The notes under the pieces were generated by a model. It made no database searches and was not told the origin of the DNA. It saw only the letters and a list, made by a program, of their open reading frames with translations. DNA of 62,296 nucleotides, counting the filler, from Catajapyx aquilonaris (Eukaryota): the NCBI GenBank assembly GCA_000934665.2. It is 3 parts of 3 records of this genome, joined end to end, with 100 filler letters (N's around TTAATTAATTAA, not from the genome) between each part and the next. Parts side by side here need not be neighbours in the genome. Positions count along the whole stretch, not along the records: positions 20,806 to 41,502 come from JYFJ02006212.1; 2 more parts are not named here. One strand, 5' to 3'. Below, in pieces: positions 24,102-37,691 of this stretch. The translations under genes were made by a program, and so were the position numbers. The number at the start of each line of letters is the position of its first letter. Position 1 is the first letter of the stretch.

Positions 24102-24391
24102 TAACTCACTTTAAAATTTTTTTTCGTTGCTCATAATATTCTGGTATGAAAGAGTTTATTTGAGGAATGGAGGTGTGGGATTTTTCATTTTGACAGAAAC
24201 TTGCTTCAGAATAGTGATATAAATATACCATGGGGTCCAAAACGGACCCCACGTTTCAAGTTGAGGGTTAAGTGACCACATTTATTTCAAATGATAGCAC
24301 TCTGTGAAGTGTGCAGTGGGCTTGGATGTAACAATTACTGCTTTCCTGTGTGATGCAGTGGCTGTTGGATTGACCTCCATCAAAGTTGCTT

Positions 24392-24541
24392 TGGTATCAA
24401 CGGTTCAAAAAGAATTGTCCCTCGCGTCGACCGGGTAGCCACGCGTCAGGATGAAAGCAACCAGTTAACTGGTTCCTTTCATCCTGACGCATGGCTGCCC
24501 GCTCGACGCGAGGGACAATTCTTTTTGGACTGATGATACCA
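24392..24541. repeat. 150-bp near-perfect palindrome (MITE-like)
   Basis: Hairpin centred on CAGTTAACTG, with arms AAAAAGAATTGTCCCTCGCGTCGA / TCGACGCGAGGGACAATTCTTTTT. Confidence 0.85.
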
Positions 24542-24756
24542 GTGCCTAAGACACAGTTTACATGGTATTGCTATGCAACAAGTAGTTAAGTATGCCATTC
24601 CCTCTTGGATAGCAATTCAGTTGTCTAAATTCACCTTTAGCTTACCAGGAAAGGCACTCACAGACATTTTTTGGACGTTTTAAATATAAGCAAAATATTT
24701 CATTTGGTTCCATAATCGATTCATCATGTGGCTTAATCTTGTTTCAGAATATCACC

Positions 24757-25876
24757 ATGGAGTCTCCAATGGCACGTTTGCACGTCACTGCCCCGTCAAG
24801 CTTTTGTGAGATGCTTCAGGCAGTTGAGGAGGACATCATCATTGTGTGCCGTGACGGACATGTTGCTGCCCACAAGCTGGTCCTCTATGCAATGGTTCCT
24901 TATATACAGTCACTTTTGAAGGAGACACCATCAGCTGATGCAATTTTGTTGCATCAGTTCCGCAAGGTTGTAGTAGAAGCTTGCCTTAGTCTGATTTACA
25001 CTGGGAATCTCAAGCTGAGTGTGAGCCGGTTTGTTGAATTTGAGCAGTTGATTCTGGCTCTAGACTTTAATCCGGATATTCAATGGACTCGGATACCTGC
25101 TGCGGAAACTAGCACTAGTGAAGATGGCCAGAATTTCTTTTCCAGTCCAGATACCACACCTTCTAGTAGTGGAGTAGTTGTGGTAGATTTAGAACCAGAG
25201 AACCAAGACATTAGGTGTGATTCATGTAATATGCAATTTTCTACCGAGGATGAAGCTAAGCATCACATCGAGCAAGTTCATGTGACGTCTAAAGTAATTG
25301 TGTGCAAGTTTTGTAACCAGAAGTTTGTAAGTACGACCAGACTGTTGCCACACGAGAAGAAGTGCCAGGTAAGGAAGCAGCTTAAAAGTCGCAGAGGTCC
25401 TCGGGAACTCCAGAGACTCCACTGCACCTTGAACGTGGAAAAATCCCCACGAAAATCCCAAGAGGCAAGCAATCAAAGAGAGATTNTGCCAGGAAAGGAA
25501 GCAGCTTAAAAGTCGCAGAGGTCCTCGGGAACTCCAGAGACTCCACTGCACCTTGAACGTGGAAAAATCCCCACGAAAATCCCAAGAGGCAAGCAATCAA
25601 AGAGAGAGGCCGACTGGATGTCAGACTTCTCATCGAACAAGTAACCACTCAAATGGGAATTATGTGAGGCAAGGTCAGTTGAATGTGAAGATTGTGAAAT
25701 ATACCTGTCTTATTTGCCAACACAAGTGTAACTCCAAATTGTGTTATAAGAATCATACCAGGATGCATGGCTTTTCCAAGTGTTCCCAATGCAAGAGATA
25801 TGTCAAGGATTTCTCAAAGCACAGATGCAGTTTTCTCACATTGACGAGAACAAGTGACAAGAACAGCACGCATTGA
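24757..25876 (+). CDS. BTB/POZ + C2H2 zinc-finger protein (~331 aa after collapsing a 124-nt duplication)
   Basis: BTB motif DIIIVCRDGHVAAHKLVL. Fingers CDSC..H..H, CKFC..H..C, CLIC..H..H, CSQC..HRC. Splice acceptor TTTCAG just upstream of the ATG. Confidence 0.8.
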
Positions 25877-26502
25877 TGCGTAATGTTTCAAGGATTTTTG
25901 CTTTTTAATAATCAGTTTGGGGGTGGGGAGACATGTAATCAAGTATGTGTGTTAGTAATTCCATCAAGTGTTAGAAAGGATGATCCGAGATAGTTTCCCA
26001 GAAGTCAGTGGCAATGAATACTGAAAAAAAGGAACGTGTGTCTTCATGTTTGTGAGTTAAAATGTGCCCACTGTTTGCATATTACACAATTTTAATTACA
26101 TCCAGGGCCTGAAATAGGCTTGTCACTAGGATAGCATCGATGTAGTGCAACATGTGGGATGAGGCTGGGAAGATTTTTATCAAGTATGTGAACTGTGAGT
26201 TAGTGCTGGTAGGACAAAGCAAGGTATTTCCTATTACTTCGTACCTAATATTTTGTACAATGTCCTTTTCATTTTATACCTCTGCATTCATAAGTAATAT
26301 TGTAAACATGTGCCATAATTATGTGTTGGCAAGGGTTGATGGTGTTGCATATGATCTGATCCTGTAAATGTTGAGCATGAACTTGATTGTGTTGGGTGAT
26401 ACATATCAAGCAATTAACACCACTCTTAATTTAGTTACAGATACCTGAGTTGTTGTTCAGGCTTCTGTAATGCATTAGATGTAGGACAAACGTTGATATA
26501 AG

Positions 26503-27082
26503 TGCAGGCGAGTCTTGATTATCCAGATTCCCATATTTTCCAGACCTCCACTGGCATTTTTTTAAAACCACTATTTACTAGGTTCTGCTATGTGGAGGTG
26601 TGCTGTGAATTTACCTGTCACTTGCACTCATTTTGTATAGCAGCGAGTGATGTAGTCAAGCATTGGGACTTGCACGTGCAGTAGAAACCTGATTATTATT
26701 ATCCAACCTCTGAATATCTGATCATCCCACTATCCTACTTCAGTATAGAACATTCTACTTCAACATCTATGCACATTTTGTGGCTAAAGAAGTGGAGAGA
26801 TTTAGCAGTCAAGGCTAGAATATTGGCTTTAAAACAAAAAAAATATAACAGACTTTTCACGAGCGAGCAATAAATTTACAGTTTTTCATCAAATACTGTA
26901 CTGTAATTATGTATTTTGTGACTTGCATAATAACAACAATGACGACACCAGTTAGTACTTGAAATTTTTTTATATTTCGTGCAAAATAATATTTATTTCA
27001 CTTCCATCCACCTCCACTCCTGGCTTCAGGATTATTTGGACACTTGGGCATGATTAGTGTGGATAATTGAAACTCGCCTGCA
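26503..27082. mobile_element. Tc1/pogo-type MITE
   Basis: Imperfect TIR TGCAGGCGAGTCTTGATTATCCA / TGGATAATTGAAACTCGCCTGCA. Confidence 0.6.
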
Positions 27083-29859
27083 ATTTGAGAGTTTTAGTGT
27101 TAATTTACTGGCTCAAAGCTTGATGCCATGCAATGGCAATGAGGTTGATAATCATGGTAAAAGTTAATCAGCGAAAAAGCCGCATTTTTGTAACTTCAGG
27201 AAATATGTTATATTGGGTTGAAACATTGTATTTTCTATTGTTTTTAGCCGGATTGATTTTTGGAAACCAGATAGTGTACTGCACTAAAGTAGAATCCAGT
27301 CATAATTATCTGAGAGGAAATTTTCATATCACAAAGGTGATTTTTTTTGTTATATTTTTAGTGATCTTAATCTCTTTCTTAATCCTAATGATCCAAGATT
27401 CCATGGGTGACAATTTACATTATAAGTTGTGTGACACAAGATACTCGGAGCTGTACTATCTCTGAACTGTACTATTTGCAAAAGTGTAATATTTTACAAA
27501 ATACAAGAGATGTGTAACTGGTACTAATTATTGCATCTTCAATTTTATCAACACCCTATACTACAGGCAGCCATTATTAATTAATTTGCAGTATATTACC
27601 TCAAATCAAAGGTTGATTAAATTTTTCCAATCCCCGTCAACAAATTTGTCATTTCCACTCCTGCAGTGCGGTTAATAATAATTGAATGGCCCAATAGAAC
27701 AAGGGCAAGAGTGAAAAAAGAGTGGGGGTAGAGAAATATATTTTTAAATTCCTACACTACTTGAGCAGTTGAAATATTATTTTAAATGCCTCCTGTCTGG
27801 CATCATAAATCCAAATTAATTCAGATGTTACGTGTGCAAGAGGAGCTTTTCCTCTTTTCCATATCCTGACTGGTTCCATTTTCAGGGTGTGAGGATTATT
27901 CTCTGTTTGTGCAAGTAAAATCGGGACCAACTGGCGCATCTCATGGACTACTTTAAAAAAAAAAATTGAGTATAGGGCCTGTAACTTGATTCCAATTTAC
28001 ACCGAGCAATGGCAACTGTGAATTGCAGGAAATCTATTGATGACATGCGTGTAAATTTATTTTTCCTTTGCCACAAATGATGTCTCAAAATGGTTGCCAA
28101 TACATACATATGTGTGTTTAAAGGTATTTATTTATTTATTTTAGCCAAAATGGCAAACATCGCTAATATGAACTACGGTACGTTTGTCAAGTCCAAGAAT
28201 TTTTTTTACAAAATCTAAGCAGAATTCATTCCAATTACAACTTCATTATTTGCCTTTAGACTGCCAACCATTCCCGACCATGTAACCAAAATACTTGTAA
28301 TAGGCATATGTGAGCTTGTGACGTCAATGCCAAATGTCAATAGTTTTGGTTACATGTTTTTATAAGAGGGAGCCTCTAACATCACTACTGCCCCACGCCT
28401 CCGACTGGGAGGGTGTCCAGTGTCCACCCATGGTAAAGTAAATTCGGGGTTGCAAGCAAGCTCTTCTGGCCGAATTTTAGGTCAGAAATCGGAAATTTTT
28501 CGAAATGTTAAAGTTCCAGTTACCAAGATGTTATCTTGCAACCATATACATGTTCTGAAAGGCCAAGATGTCTTCTTTCAGGAAGTGAAATCCAGAACAT
28601 CCTATCTTGAATAGAAACCAAACAGCAGCCTTTTTTCGGAACCCTTGCAAACGCTCGTTTTTGCTCGCTGCGGTGAAGAAATGAGTGTAAATCCAAGATG
28701 GTGGCAGATTTTTTAAAAACCAAAATCGGTTTGAGCAGGTCAATATCAAGGTCACCCATAGATGGTGAAAATATTTAAAAAATGTACTAGATGGTCGAGC
28801 ACACCGTCCCATTTCACATGGAATCACCCAAGGACGAATGTGAGGCGAGGACTTTTAAGCGGAACTGGCCCTTCCTATCTTACAGTTTCGGTGCACTTTT
28901 GAGCGGTGCGGCACCTTCTGCCCCGGAACGGGAATTTGAAATGATCACCTGTGATGTTTCGTGTATGACACAGATTTTAGTGTGCACCAGAGATCAGTTT
29001 TTAGTGTGCAGCACAAAGTTTAATGTGCGACGTGACCCTTCCGGGCTTCTGTTGATTTTGCCAGAGAATAATATTTTAATTATAATCTTCCGATAAAGAT
29101 TACACGACTGCTTATAAATTTAAGAAACAACACTCAAAGAATATGGATCAATAATTACAGGCTTGCTTTTTCGCTGTATGATACATGCACTCTTTGTAAT
29201 ACACATTCAAAATTTGATTTATTTCCTCTACTGTATACCTGGCCTTTTTTCAATCCACAAAGAACTGCCATACTCAAGGATTTCTTCAATGTGCCGCCAT
29301 ATTAGATTTTCTCAATCTTTACCTGAATATCATTAGTTTCAACTATACAGATTTCTTTGTGCTGCCTGCTCCAAACTCAATGTCTAGACCGCCTCCTTAC
29401 TGAGATATTGACCCACCTGCTCTTCAGCGATTTTTGCCTAATCGCTCCTTCTGACTTTTAAATAGAATTTGCAGGTATAACTAGCCGTAGAGGCCTTCCC
29501 ACCTGTGGGCAAGAAACCAACAAAGTCCGCCCCCCAGACCTCCTAGAGCCTTCTGACTGCGGTAGAGTTCATTGGGTGGCCTAACTTCCAGGATATTTTA
29601 TACTACCTGCTTGAAGGCAATTTGCGCGGTAATGAGGCGGCCCAGGCACAATCACTCCTCTACATAAAATGAACCTCTGGTGTCTAGGTAGGGGGTGGCA
29701 TAGGTTTGTCGGTGTTGTTCATGAACACCCTGTATATACAGTATATAATATTATAATAGGTTTTGTAGTCATTTCTGACCCTCTTAAATACTAGACCTTT
29801 TCTCTTGGCCCTGGGCAGAGAAGGGATGCAATTCTGCCCGGACATGTCAGGTGAAATGC

Positions 29860-29960
29860 GGAATAAGACCCGACCAAACAGAGGTGACAGGGACGGGATT
29901 TGAACCCTGGACCTCCTGCTTGGCTGGCCAGTAGCGTAGCCACTAGACCACCATGCCCCC
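29860..29960 (-). mobile_element. tRNA-derived SINE head
   Basis: A-box TGGTCTAGTGG and B-box GGTTCAAATCC, followed by non-tRNA sequence. Confidence 0.6.
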
Positions 29961-30084
29961 TGCTGTTTCTAGAATATGGAATATCATGGACTTCATTGGA
30001 AGATGTTATTTGTATAATAATCAAAACTGCAGGCTAAACAGGCAAAATCAAACTCTTACAAAAACTAGAAAGCACCTGCAGGTA

Positions 30085-30243
30085 CAGTGTTGGACATTAA
30101 TCGAGGCATACTGCCAGTGACATTTTCCGAAGTGGCAGAAGAAGGAATCTTGCTCGCCCAGCTTGCAGTATCCTTACCTTCGATTCCTTCTTCTGCCGCT
30201 TCGGAAAATGTCGCTAGCATGCCTCAATTACTGTCCAACACTG
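30085..30243. mobile_element. Tc1-like palindromic MITE
   Basis: TA|CAGTGTTGGACA...TGTCCAACACTG|TA with long complementary arms. Confidence 0.85.
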
Positions 30244-30705
30244 TACAATAGTCAAAAAGATAGGCATGTCCTAAATATTGCTACCTCTGTGCAGGATTTC
30301 AAAAGTGGCATTTCTTTTGTACAGCCTTGTACCCTCCGATCTGATTGGTGGGTCAGGGGCCCTTGCCCTTGGTTCCACCAATCAGATCGCTTAGGGTGTC
30401 TGGTGGGGAGTGGAGGGCTAATCCCCTTTTTGAGGAGTTAGGCTGTACGCAACCCATAGGCTACAAAAGTATTAAAACTACCACAAATCAGATCTATTTT
30501 GATTATGGTTTACCTACATTTCACACCCACATGGTTATTAATCCATGGAATAAGTCAACCTTTATGAGGATAAACAATAAGATCAACATAAAAATTAATG
30601 GTACTGCCCTATGGGACTGGTGCGATTGTAAGATTACTTTAACGGTATGATACATCATATTCTGCACGAGTGCCCATTTATTTCATACTTTGCCAAAATA
30701 ACATA

Positions 30706-31403
30706 CAGGGTGGCTCCGATAAATTGGGACAAATAAACAAGTACCGTAGATAGAAACGTTAAAAAGAGGATATCCTTTTTCATGTGCCCCATCACCTCGG
30801 AAACGGCGATCTTGACTTGTTACTAGGTGTTGTTATGGACATTGTCAACCCCTCTCTCAAGAATGCCACATAATTATGCAGTAGTCAAGGGAGTCGCAGT
30901 TTGGGAAGCTGCGGGATGCAGTGGTACCTTAGATCTCTTCTCCGTGGCATCCGTCAGGAGATGGCCAGTTCTCTTTCACCATCTTGGAGATGATCTTGTG
31001 GTGCAGATCTGGTGCATGCCATTCTCTTTGGACAGGATGCATATGGACTTGCCAGGGTCCTCTCCATCTTCTCAATCTTCTCGACAACTGGGGTGACAAT
31101 CTCCTTGCCTTTCTTGGTGATACAGCGATCGGCATGCATTTTGCATAAGGAAAGAACTCCTCCTGGTTCTCTGCAGCATCAGTTATTTTTTATCCTGTAA
31201 ATCAAACTCTTTTGGGAGCTTGAGAACTCAACTATCTCCTTGGGGGTCCTTTCAGTGCGGACAGCCACGATAGTAGTGGCTCTCTTGTCCTATTGGCTGG
31301 TCATGGTGCAGTTCACAGTGTTGACACATTTTGCAGTCTAACAGTACAAAACCGCCATGGTGTTGTACTGCAAAATGTGTCCTAATTTACAGGTGCCACA
31401 CTG
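30706..31403 (-). mobile_element. Internally deleted, decayed Tc1/mariner-superfamily transposon
   Basis: TA TSD and imperfect TIRs CAGGGTGGCTCC/CAGTGTGGCACC. Frameshifted transposase remnants: HTH-like KRATTIVAVRTERTPKEIVEF..KSLIYRIK, GHLLTDATEKR, and SFPNCDSLDY (cf. SPDLNPLDY). Confidence 0.7.
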
Positions 31404-31559
31404 TATATGACATTCCCACATACCCTCCCAACAAATGCATATTCACTTTCTTATATCTCAAAAAAAGATGTTTAGAAGCTACTGTATTTGTTTTTTTGCC
31501 AATGTTGCCAAACGCATGAGTCTGGGAGTAAAACCTATATTTTACTAACTTTTCTTGCT

Positions 31560-31562
<3 letters not shown>

Positions 31563-31631
<69 letters not shown>

Positions 31632-31885
31632 GATACCTCGTGATAAGCCTTCTTGGGCTTTTTAGGGGATCATCTTTTAATTGACCGACTTTAATCACTG
31701 CCTTTGCTGTGATGGATTTTGATTGCGGGAGGAAACGGGAGAACCCCGAGAAAACCCATGCGAACACAGAGAGAACCTATCGAAACTCTATCCACATATG
31801 TATCCTCTGTCCGATCTGGGAATCGAACTCGGGACCTTCGAGGTGGAAGGCTGCGGCGCTAACCACTCCGCCACCCTGTTGCCCT
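31563..31885 (-). mobile_element. tRNA-derived SINE, family 1, with (ATT)n tail
   Basis: A/B boxes; 15-bp TSD ACTTTTCTTGCTGTA at 31548-31562 and 31886-31900; homologous to 39595-39857. Confidence 0.9.
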
Positions 31886-32249
31886 ACTTTTCTTGCTGTA
31901 CTAACCTCCTTTTTCTGCATGGATGGGTGTCCCCCCATACAGATTTCACATCCGAGCAAGGGGTAACACAATAAAATTTTAAAATAAATAATACAAGTAC
32001 ATGAAAAATTATGACAAAACTATAAAACCTCTGGAAAGGTGTTTCCATTCATCTTCTTCCACAGAGCTCGTGACTAATCCCCTACTACTTGGGGTTACAC
32101 TGTAACTGCTGACCTAGAGCTGCAGCCAAGTAGTTGACACATCTGTGGCTGCAACTTTACCAGTTTCATGAAACATCAACACCACTTTACAAGCATAAGC
32201 CACAAACATCTCCATCCCTAGAGATGAATTTTGTTGGTTCAAACAAGAC

Positions 32250-32366
32250 CTAGGGTGGAATTTTCATCCCACTGCTAGTTACTGCTAACCTTAGCAGTAC
32301 CAGTGTTGGGGGTGGTTACTGATAAGTTAGCAGTAACTAGCAGTGGGACGAAAATTCCACCCCTAG
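32250..32366. mobile_element. Small palindromic MITE (related copy at ~23710-23785)
   Basis: GGGTGGAATTTT...AAAATTCCACCC with complementary arms. Confidence 0.7.
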
Positions 32367-33380
32367 TTTCTTGACAATTTGTTTCCTTATCTAAATGCCT
32401 CACTTGTAAAAATTACTGCCAAGGGGTTCCTCCAAACATAAAGCATTCTCATTTGCGCAGTTGCTTTTACCAGAATTATGACTTTAAGGCACTTTCTAGA
32501 GACAAAGATATCTTTGTGCAATGGAAAAAAATGTTTTTATTATCAAAAGAACAATGTTCAAAAGAAACTAAAGCATAAAATAATGGAAATAAAATGATAC
32601 TTGTAAATCTTCATCTGCATGATTACTATCTCTTGCAATCTCAAAGGAGCACAAAAGAATCCAAATAAAAAAAGATACTGGTACTATCTTCATGCAGATG
32701 TCCATATCTTGCAATCTGAAAGGAGCACAAAATCATGTTTAAATAAAAGGCAGTATATCATGACATTAGACAATATCTATGATGGCAGTGCAAATATGCT
32801 TAGTGCACTCCTCAAACTTATACCTGAACTGCCATTCAAATGTCAACTGTGCCATATTCTTTCTGAATCCCAGATTTCCTGAAGCAGTGCCACATTGTTT
32901 TGATCTGGTTCGGGGAGTTTGGTGGTCATGGCAGAGACTCAATGCTGTTTTATGCCAGCTACGGTGTAGTGGTCTTAGCAGTATGGGAGGACGCTTTGTC
33001 TCAAAACAATGAGGGGTCAGTGTTATAATTCTATAATAATTACCCGTATTTAGCTCATCTTGACAGAATATCTTAGCTCCTTATCACTGAATATAAAGGC
33101 TCTCACCTGTAATACATAAAAGTGGGGTGGGGATGGTGCTACCAAATGAGTCTCACATGATCTGTGTAGTTTATCGCATAAGAATGTTGTCTGTATTGTG
33201 AAAAACGCACCTAAAGTGACCTGCTCAAAATGACCCGGTGGCTCCTTTTTGGGGGCTACCAATGCACCGAATTTCAAGAAAATCAGCGACACCTTGGAAA
33301 GTGTCCCTTTGAGTTCCAGAGGTCATAACTTTTGACCTCGTGGGCATTCGCCTCTTCAGGTAATTTGTGTCAGTGTTTAA

Positions 33381-35116
33381 CCCAGATATGCCGAGTGTGC
33401 CCTATAGGGGACACCTGCACAGTTGTTACATTTTAATTTTTTTGCGCAGGTTCTTCTGCTGCTAAAGAGCTGGCAGTAGTCACGGGGGCTTCAGGAGAGT
33501 CCCAGTTAACGATGCAAGTTCAAACCTGCTCAATATTGCTTCAGATTTTTAAGATACAGGTGTTTGAATTTTAATGCAGGAAATAATGGCTGCACCTCCA
33601 CGTTCCGAAGACGATTAGTAATTAATTATCGAATGTTGATTAGCATTATGAGTCATTTTTTGTTTGTAATACTTAGAAAACTTATGAATGATGATGTCCA
33701 TGTGGAAATATAGGCATATTTTTTACTTTCCTTGTCTGAGGGTGGCATTGAAATCGGGTGTCCCCTGTGAGGGACACTTGGCAAATGCACCACATGTGGA
33801 CCGGCAAGTCAAGTACCGGTACTCTAGGCTACTGTATGCGTGCGGATTTTGTGCGTTTTGTCGAACTGAATTTTTATGAATCCCTATTTTTAAAACGAGA
33901 GTTACCCGGCAACCATCGTAGCTATGGTAACCCACTGCCATGTACAATCAAACATACATGCATGCATACAAACTTTCGCTTTTGGAGACAGTGAAACCTG
34001 TGTATAGCAGAATAGCACGGTGCCCTAAAAATCGTAATTGACAAGTTTCCGCTGAAATCTACGATTTTCCTAGTCTTCCTAGTCCAAACGGGTAAGATTG
34101 GAAGTGAACGCTGCAACGCCGCAAAGCATTGTGGGCAGAGGTGATAGAGAGTGGGGGTAGAAAAAAAGAGTTGTGCTGTTTTTGCGGATCGCGCGCGAAC
34201 CATTTAACGATGTCGGATATAATATAAGGCCTAGTACGGTATATCAGCCGTTTCCACTATATTCGGCACGGTATTTATGTCCTATGCATACGCCCGTTCC
34301 CGGAAAAATTTCGCAATGGACAAGTTTTTGTAACACTCAGGGTAGGCTACGTTATGGACAGGTTTCACTACATATTTATCTAAAGTGAATCCTGTCCACA
34401 ACGGACCCTGTGGATAACGAAAACTTGCCTATTGCGGGTTTTTTCTGGTAACTGGCGTATGGAACGTACACGATTTCCGTGTCGAATATAGCGGAAATTG
34501 TGTAATTTTCATACGCCAGTTACCAGAAAAATTTCTCAATAGGCAAGTTTCCATTATACACAGGGTCCGTTGTGGACAGGTTTCACTGTATATTTATATA
34601 CAGCGAAACCTGTACATATCTGAATAGCACATGACTCTAAAATTCCGCAATGAACACGTTTCCGTTATACCCTCCTGAGACCCGAGAAGCCATTTGTGCA
34701 ATTATTTAGCAATACTTTGGAGGAACCCTCTGTAGTGGAGGTGTAGAAGCCATTTTTCAGAATTTCATATTTTTGTTGCAATCACTTATTGCAAAATTAG
34801 ATGTCCAATATACTGTATAGGACATTGGGTCTTAGATATAACATTCCTTCTCTATATTTTTCAATGAATTAAAAAAAACAACTTATCTTTATTTCAATAC
34901 AGCAGCCTATATCTTACGTTTTCCTTGTACAGTATAGCCATACTAGATGTTACATTTGCTGAGTGTCCCCTATAGGGGACGACCCTTTTCTTACAATATA
35001 CGGTAGCATTCCATAATTTTTTTTATAATTTTTGTTGTGTTTTGGGAACTATTATGAACTAATAAAAACAAACAAAAAACAAAATTTAAACAAAAAAAAT
35101 TTCAGGCATATCTGGG
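33381..35116. mobile_element. piggyBac-like non-autonomous element with nested Tc1/pogo-type MITEs (~33989-34660)
   Basis: TTAA TSDs; TIR CCCAGATATGCC; internal CAGTGAAACCTGT...ACAGGTTTCACTG units. Confidence 0.8.
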
Positions 35117-35299
35117 TTAACGGAGTCCGTAAAGCGCCCATACTCGGCGAGAAAAACATCTTATATGATAAATAAAGGGATCCTTTGCATACTGCTCATT
35201 TCTTGTGTTTATTATAACTAACTTATTAATTAGGCCCCACTGATAAAGTAGAACCCCTATTATCCGTTATGGGACTGGGGCCTTGGTCTCAAACTCTGA

Positions 35300-35690
35300 A
35301 GTAGACTTCTGCAGATAGAGTGAACCCGGAAAACCAGAAGTGGCGGGTCACCGGAAGTTGGCCATGACACCTACTTAGGTCACGTTTAATCCGAATCCAA
35401 AAACCGTTTGCCGCTATCTGTTGCGGTTGAGGCCTTGATACCTGTCAACAGACGGACAGACAGAGCCGTTCTAAAAGACGTTTTTTCGATGATGATAAAA
35501 AGTCTAAAAAGGGAGCAAGAGGATGCACTATATTGAGCTCGCCGGATCTGACGTCACTCATATCTCGAAAATGGCTGCGAAGTGTGGGTTTTTACGTTCA
35601 CCAGCAGTGAATTCTACCCATGTGATTTACCCACCGAGCCATTTTTGTCCAAATCCGTTAGTTGCACGTCATGGTCTTCCCTTGTTAGTA
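35300..35690 (+). mobile_element. DINE-1/Helentron-like repeat
   Basis: GACA/GACG microsatellite core; partial copy in contig 1 at 5405-5580. Confidence 0.55.
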
Positions 35691-36059
35691 GTATGCCTGT
35701 AGTAGTATTACTGCTCTAAGGGGTTGACGGACTGATTATAGTGTGTGCGGCGGGGAGGGGGACGTGGGTCATGAAATGTTGCTATGTACTACTCAATCAG
35801 TAATCACCATTTTTGGTATTTATATTGCAGAAAAACAATTATTTGAAGGCTAAAATCATCTAACCAAAAGATAGTCTTTTTCAATTTTTTTCCCCGAAAA
35901 TTCAACCCTCTTGCGGCAGTGTTAAACTTTATTTTTAAAAAATTTCTCTTAATCTCCATACCATAGAACATCTTTTCCGCATAGGTAGGTTTTGATTAAT
36001 AACATATATTTTTTCTCCATACAAGCGCGATCCACCCTATTGAACCCCAGACTACCTCC

Positions 36060-37258
36060 TTGAAAAAATTCCTCATAACGGGTAAAAGATCACCTAATTA
36101 TCTCCTTCGATTGGAAACAGGCTGGCCTCCATTAAAAATCAAAATTATCCTACTAGCCATTAAATATCTTAGAAGAGTACCGAAGCAGTGGTGGCGGAGG
36201 GGATATGGTATCCGACTGCTAATTGGGAGGCCCTGGGTTCGATCCCCGGGATCGGCAACCCTAACCGTGGTTTTCTGTGGTTTCCCACGGTCCCTCCAGG
36301 TAAATGCCGGGGTTGTTTCCTAAAATAATAGGCCACAGCCACTTCCTTCCGTCCCTATCCTATTCCCAAAGGCGAAGTAAAAATGCAAAGAAAGAGTTCC
36401 AGTCAAAACAAAACTCCCCCCTAAAGAGCCGCCGGCTGATAACGGGGTATGATATTATATTATATTATTATATTAATATCTTAGAAGAGTTTGTAATATG
36501 GAACCATGTAGATTGTAGATTGACCCACAGGGCAATGAAATATCTAACAAATCAAAATAATGCCCCAATTAAATATAACCGGATCGAGCCACTAGAATAC
36601 TAGATAAACTCCTCAATGAATACGGGCAATCAATTAGAAATTTCACAGTGACATTTGACGAAAACTGGTTACAGAAGTATGCAACATTAACACAAACGAT
36701 GCTGGATATCGAAGTAAAATATTATACAGTATTGATTGTCTCAATAAGTCAACTTCTAACCGTTTGAAATCGATATATTATGATATAATTATAGATACTT
36801 CCCCTCTCCATATGTGAGAGCTCCTGTACCATTAAATCTTAGTAGAATGTTGGCATGCCTCAGATTGAATTCCAATTGGATACCATTAGGTAACAAAAGA
36901 AGTCTCCAATCTAATCCTAATGAAAATTGTAATCTTTGTAACCATAAGAATGTTAATGACTGGGTCCATATTCTTAGTGAATGCCCAATGTTTCTGTGAG
37001 GTAGGTTTAAACTACAAAACACATACCACCATTTCAAAGAGGCAATATCTGGCTAATCCTCCACGAGCCTACGCTAGAACAATTGAAGGCAATTTATTAT
37101 TTTATGATGTAACTATAATCTTACTATAATCTGAGGTACTATAATCTTACTATAATCTGAGGTACTATAATCTGTAATCTGTAAATGTACATAAATTGTA
37201 ATGGGTTTGGTCCCTCCCTGTAATGAAACAGAGAGGTAAAATAAATTGATTGATTGAT
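36060..37258 (+). mobile_element. 3' remnant of a non-LTR retrotransposon (LINE), interrupted by a SINE
   Basis: RT C-terminal-like PNYLLRLETGWPPL..IKYLRRV, terminal CCHC knuckle CNLCN..HILSECP, and an AATAAA + (TTGA)n tail. Confidence 0.65.
36179..36474 (+). mobile_element. tRNA-derived SINE, family 2
   Basis: B-box GGTTCGATCCC; 16-bp TSD AATATCTTAGAAGAGT at 36163-36178 and 36475-36490. Confidence 0.88.
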
Positions 37259-37691
37259 GCCAATTATCTTAGTAACTTTGCTGTGAAGACCCGTGACACT
37301 TGCACTCAAAATGATTGCCTAGAACCCCTAAACCATCCCCCAAAGCGAAGGCATATTAAATTGTCGCCCCCTGCCTCTTGTTATGTTGTGTTAATACTAC
37401 ATTTTCTGCTGCACACTCCAGTGAGGGCTCAATATAATTTTCCACCAATAGTACTGCACTCCAGTTGCAGTAGTCCAATAGAGGTGACCTTACTGCATAT
37501 TGTTGCAGATGAGGCATTTTTTACCAGCATTTTTAATAAGTTCCCAGAACTGAGTTGCAGGATGACCATTCGCAGTGATAGACAGGCAGATTGTTTTGCA
37601 TTATGACTAAGTGACCAAGTGAGGAGTTGTCTTATGTGTGTACATCAAATAGTTCCCAGAAAAGGTCTGTCAATTTTTGTCTCTGCACTAT

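Larger units (their letters stand above)
21981..24267. mobile_element. piggyBac-like non-autonomous element carrying nested insertions
   Basis: TTAA|CCCTCA at 21977 and TGAGGG|TTAA ending at 24271. The rest of the left TIR (ACTTCAAACGTGGGGTCC) is displaced to ~23278. Confidence 0.6.

Noticed and set aside
30929..31139. Possible host-gene exon with splice-like flanks
   Set aside because: Better explained as a frameshifted Tc1/mariner transposase remnant between TIRs.
37110..37180. Short direct repeats (ACTATAATCT) that could suggest a CRISPR-like array
   Set aside because: Simple tandem duplication without unique spacers, in a eukaryotic LINE 3' region.
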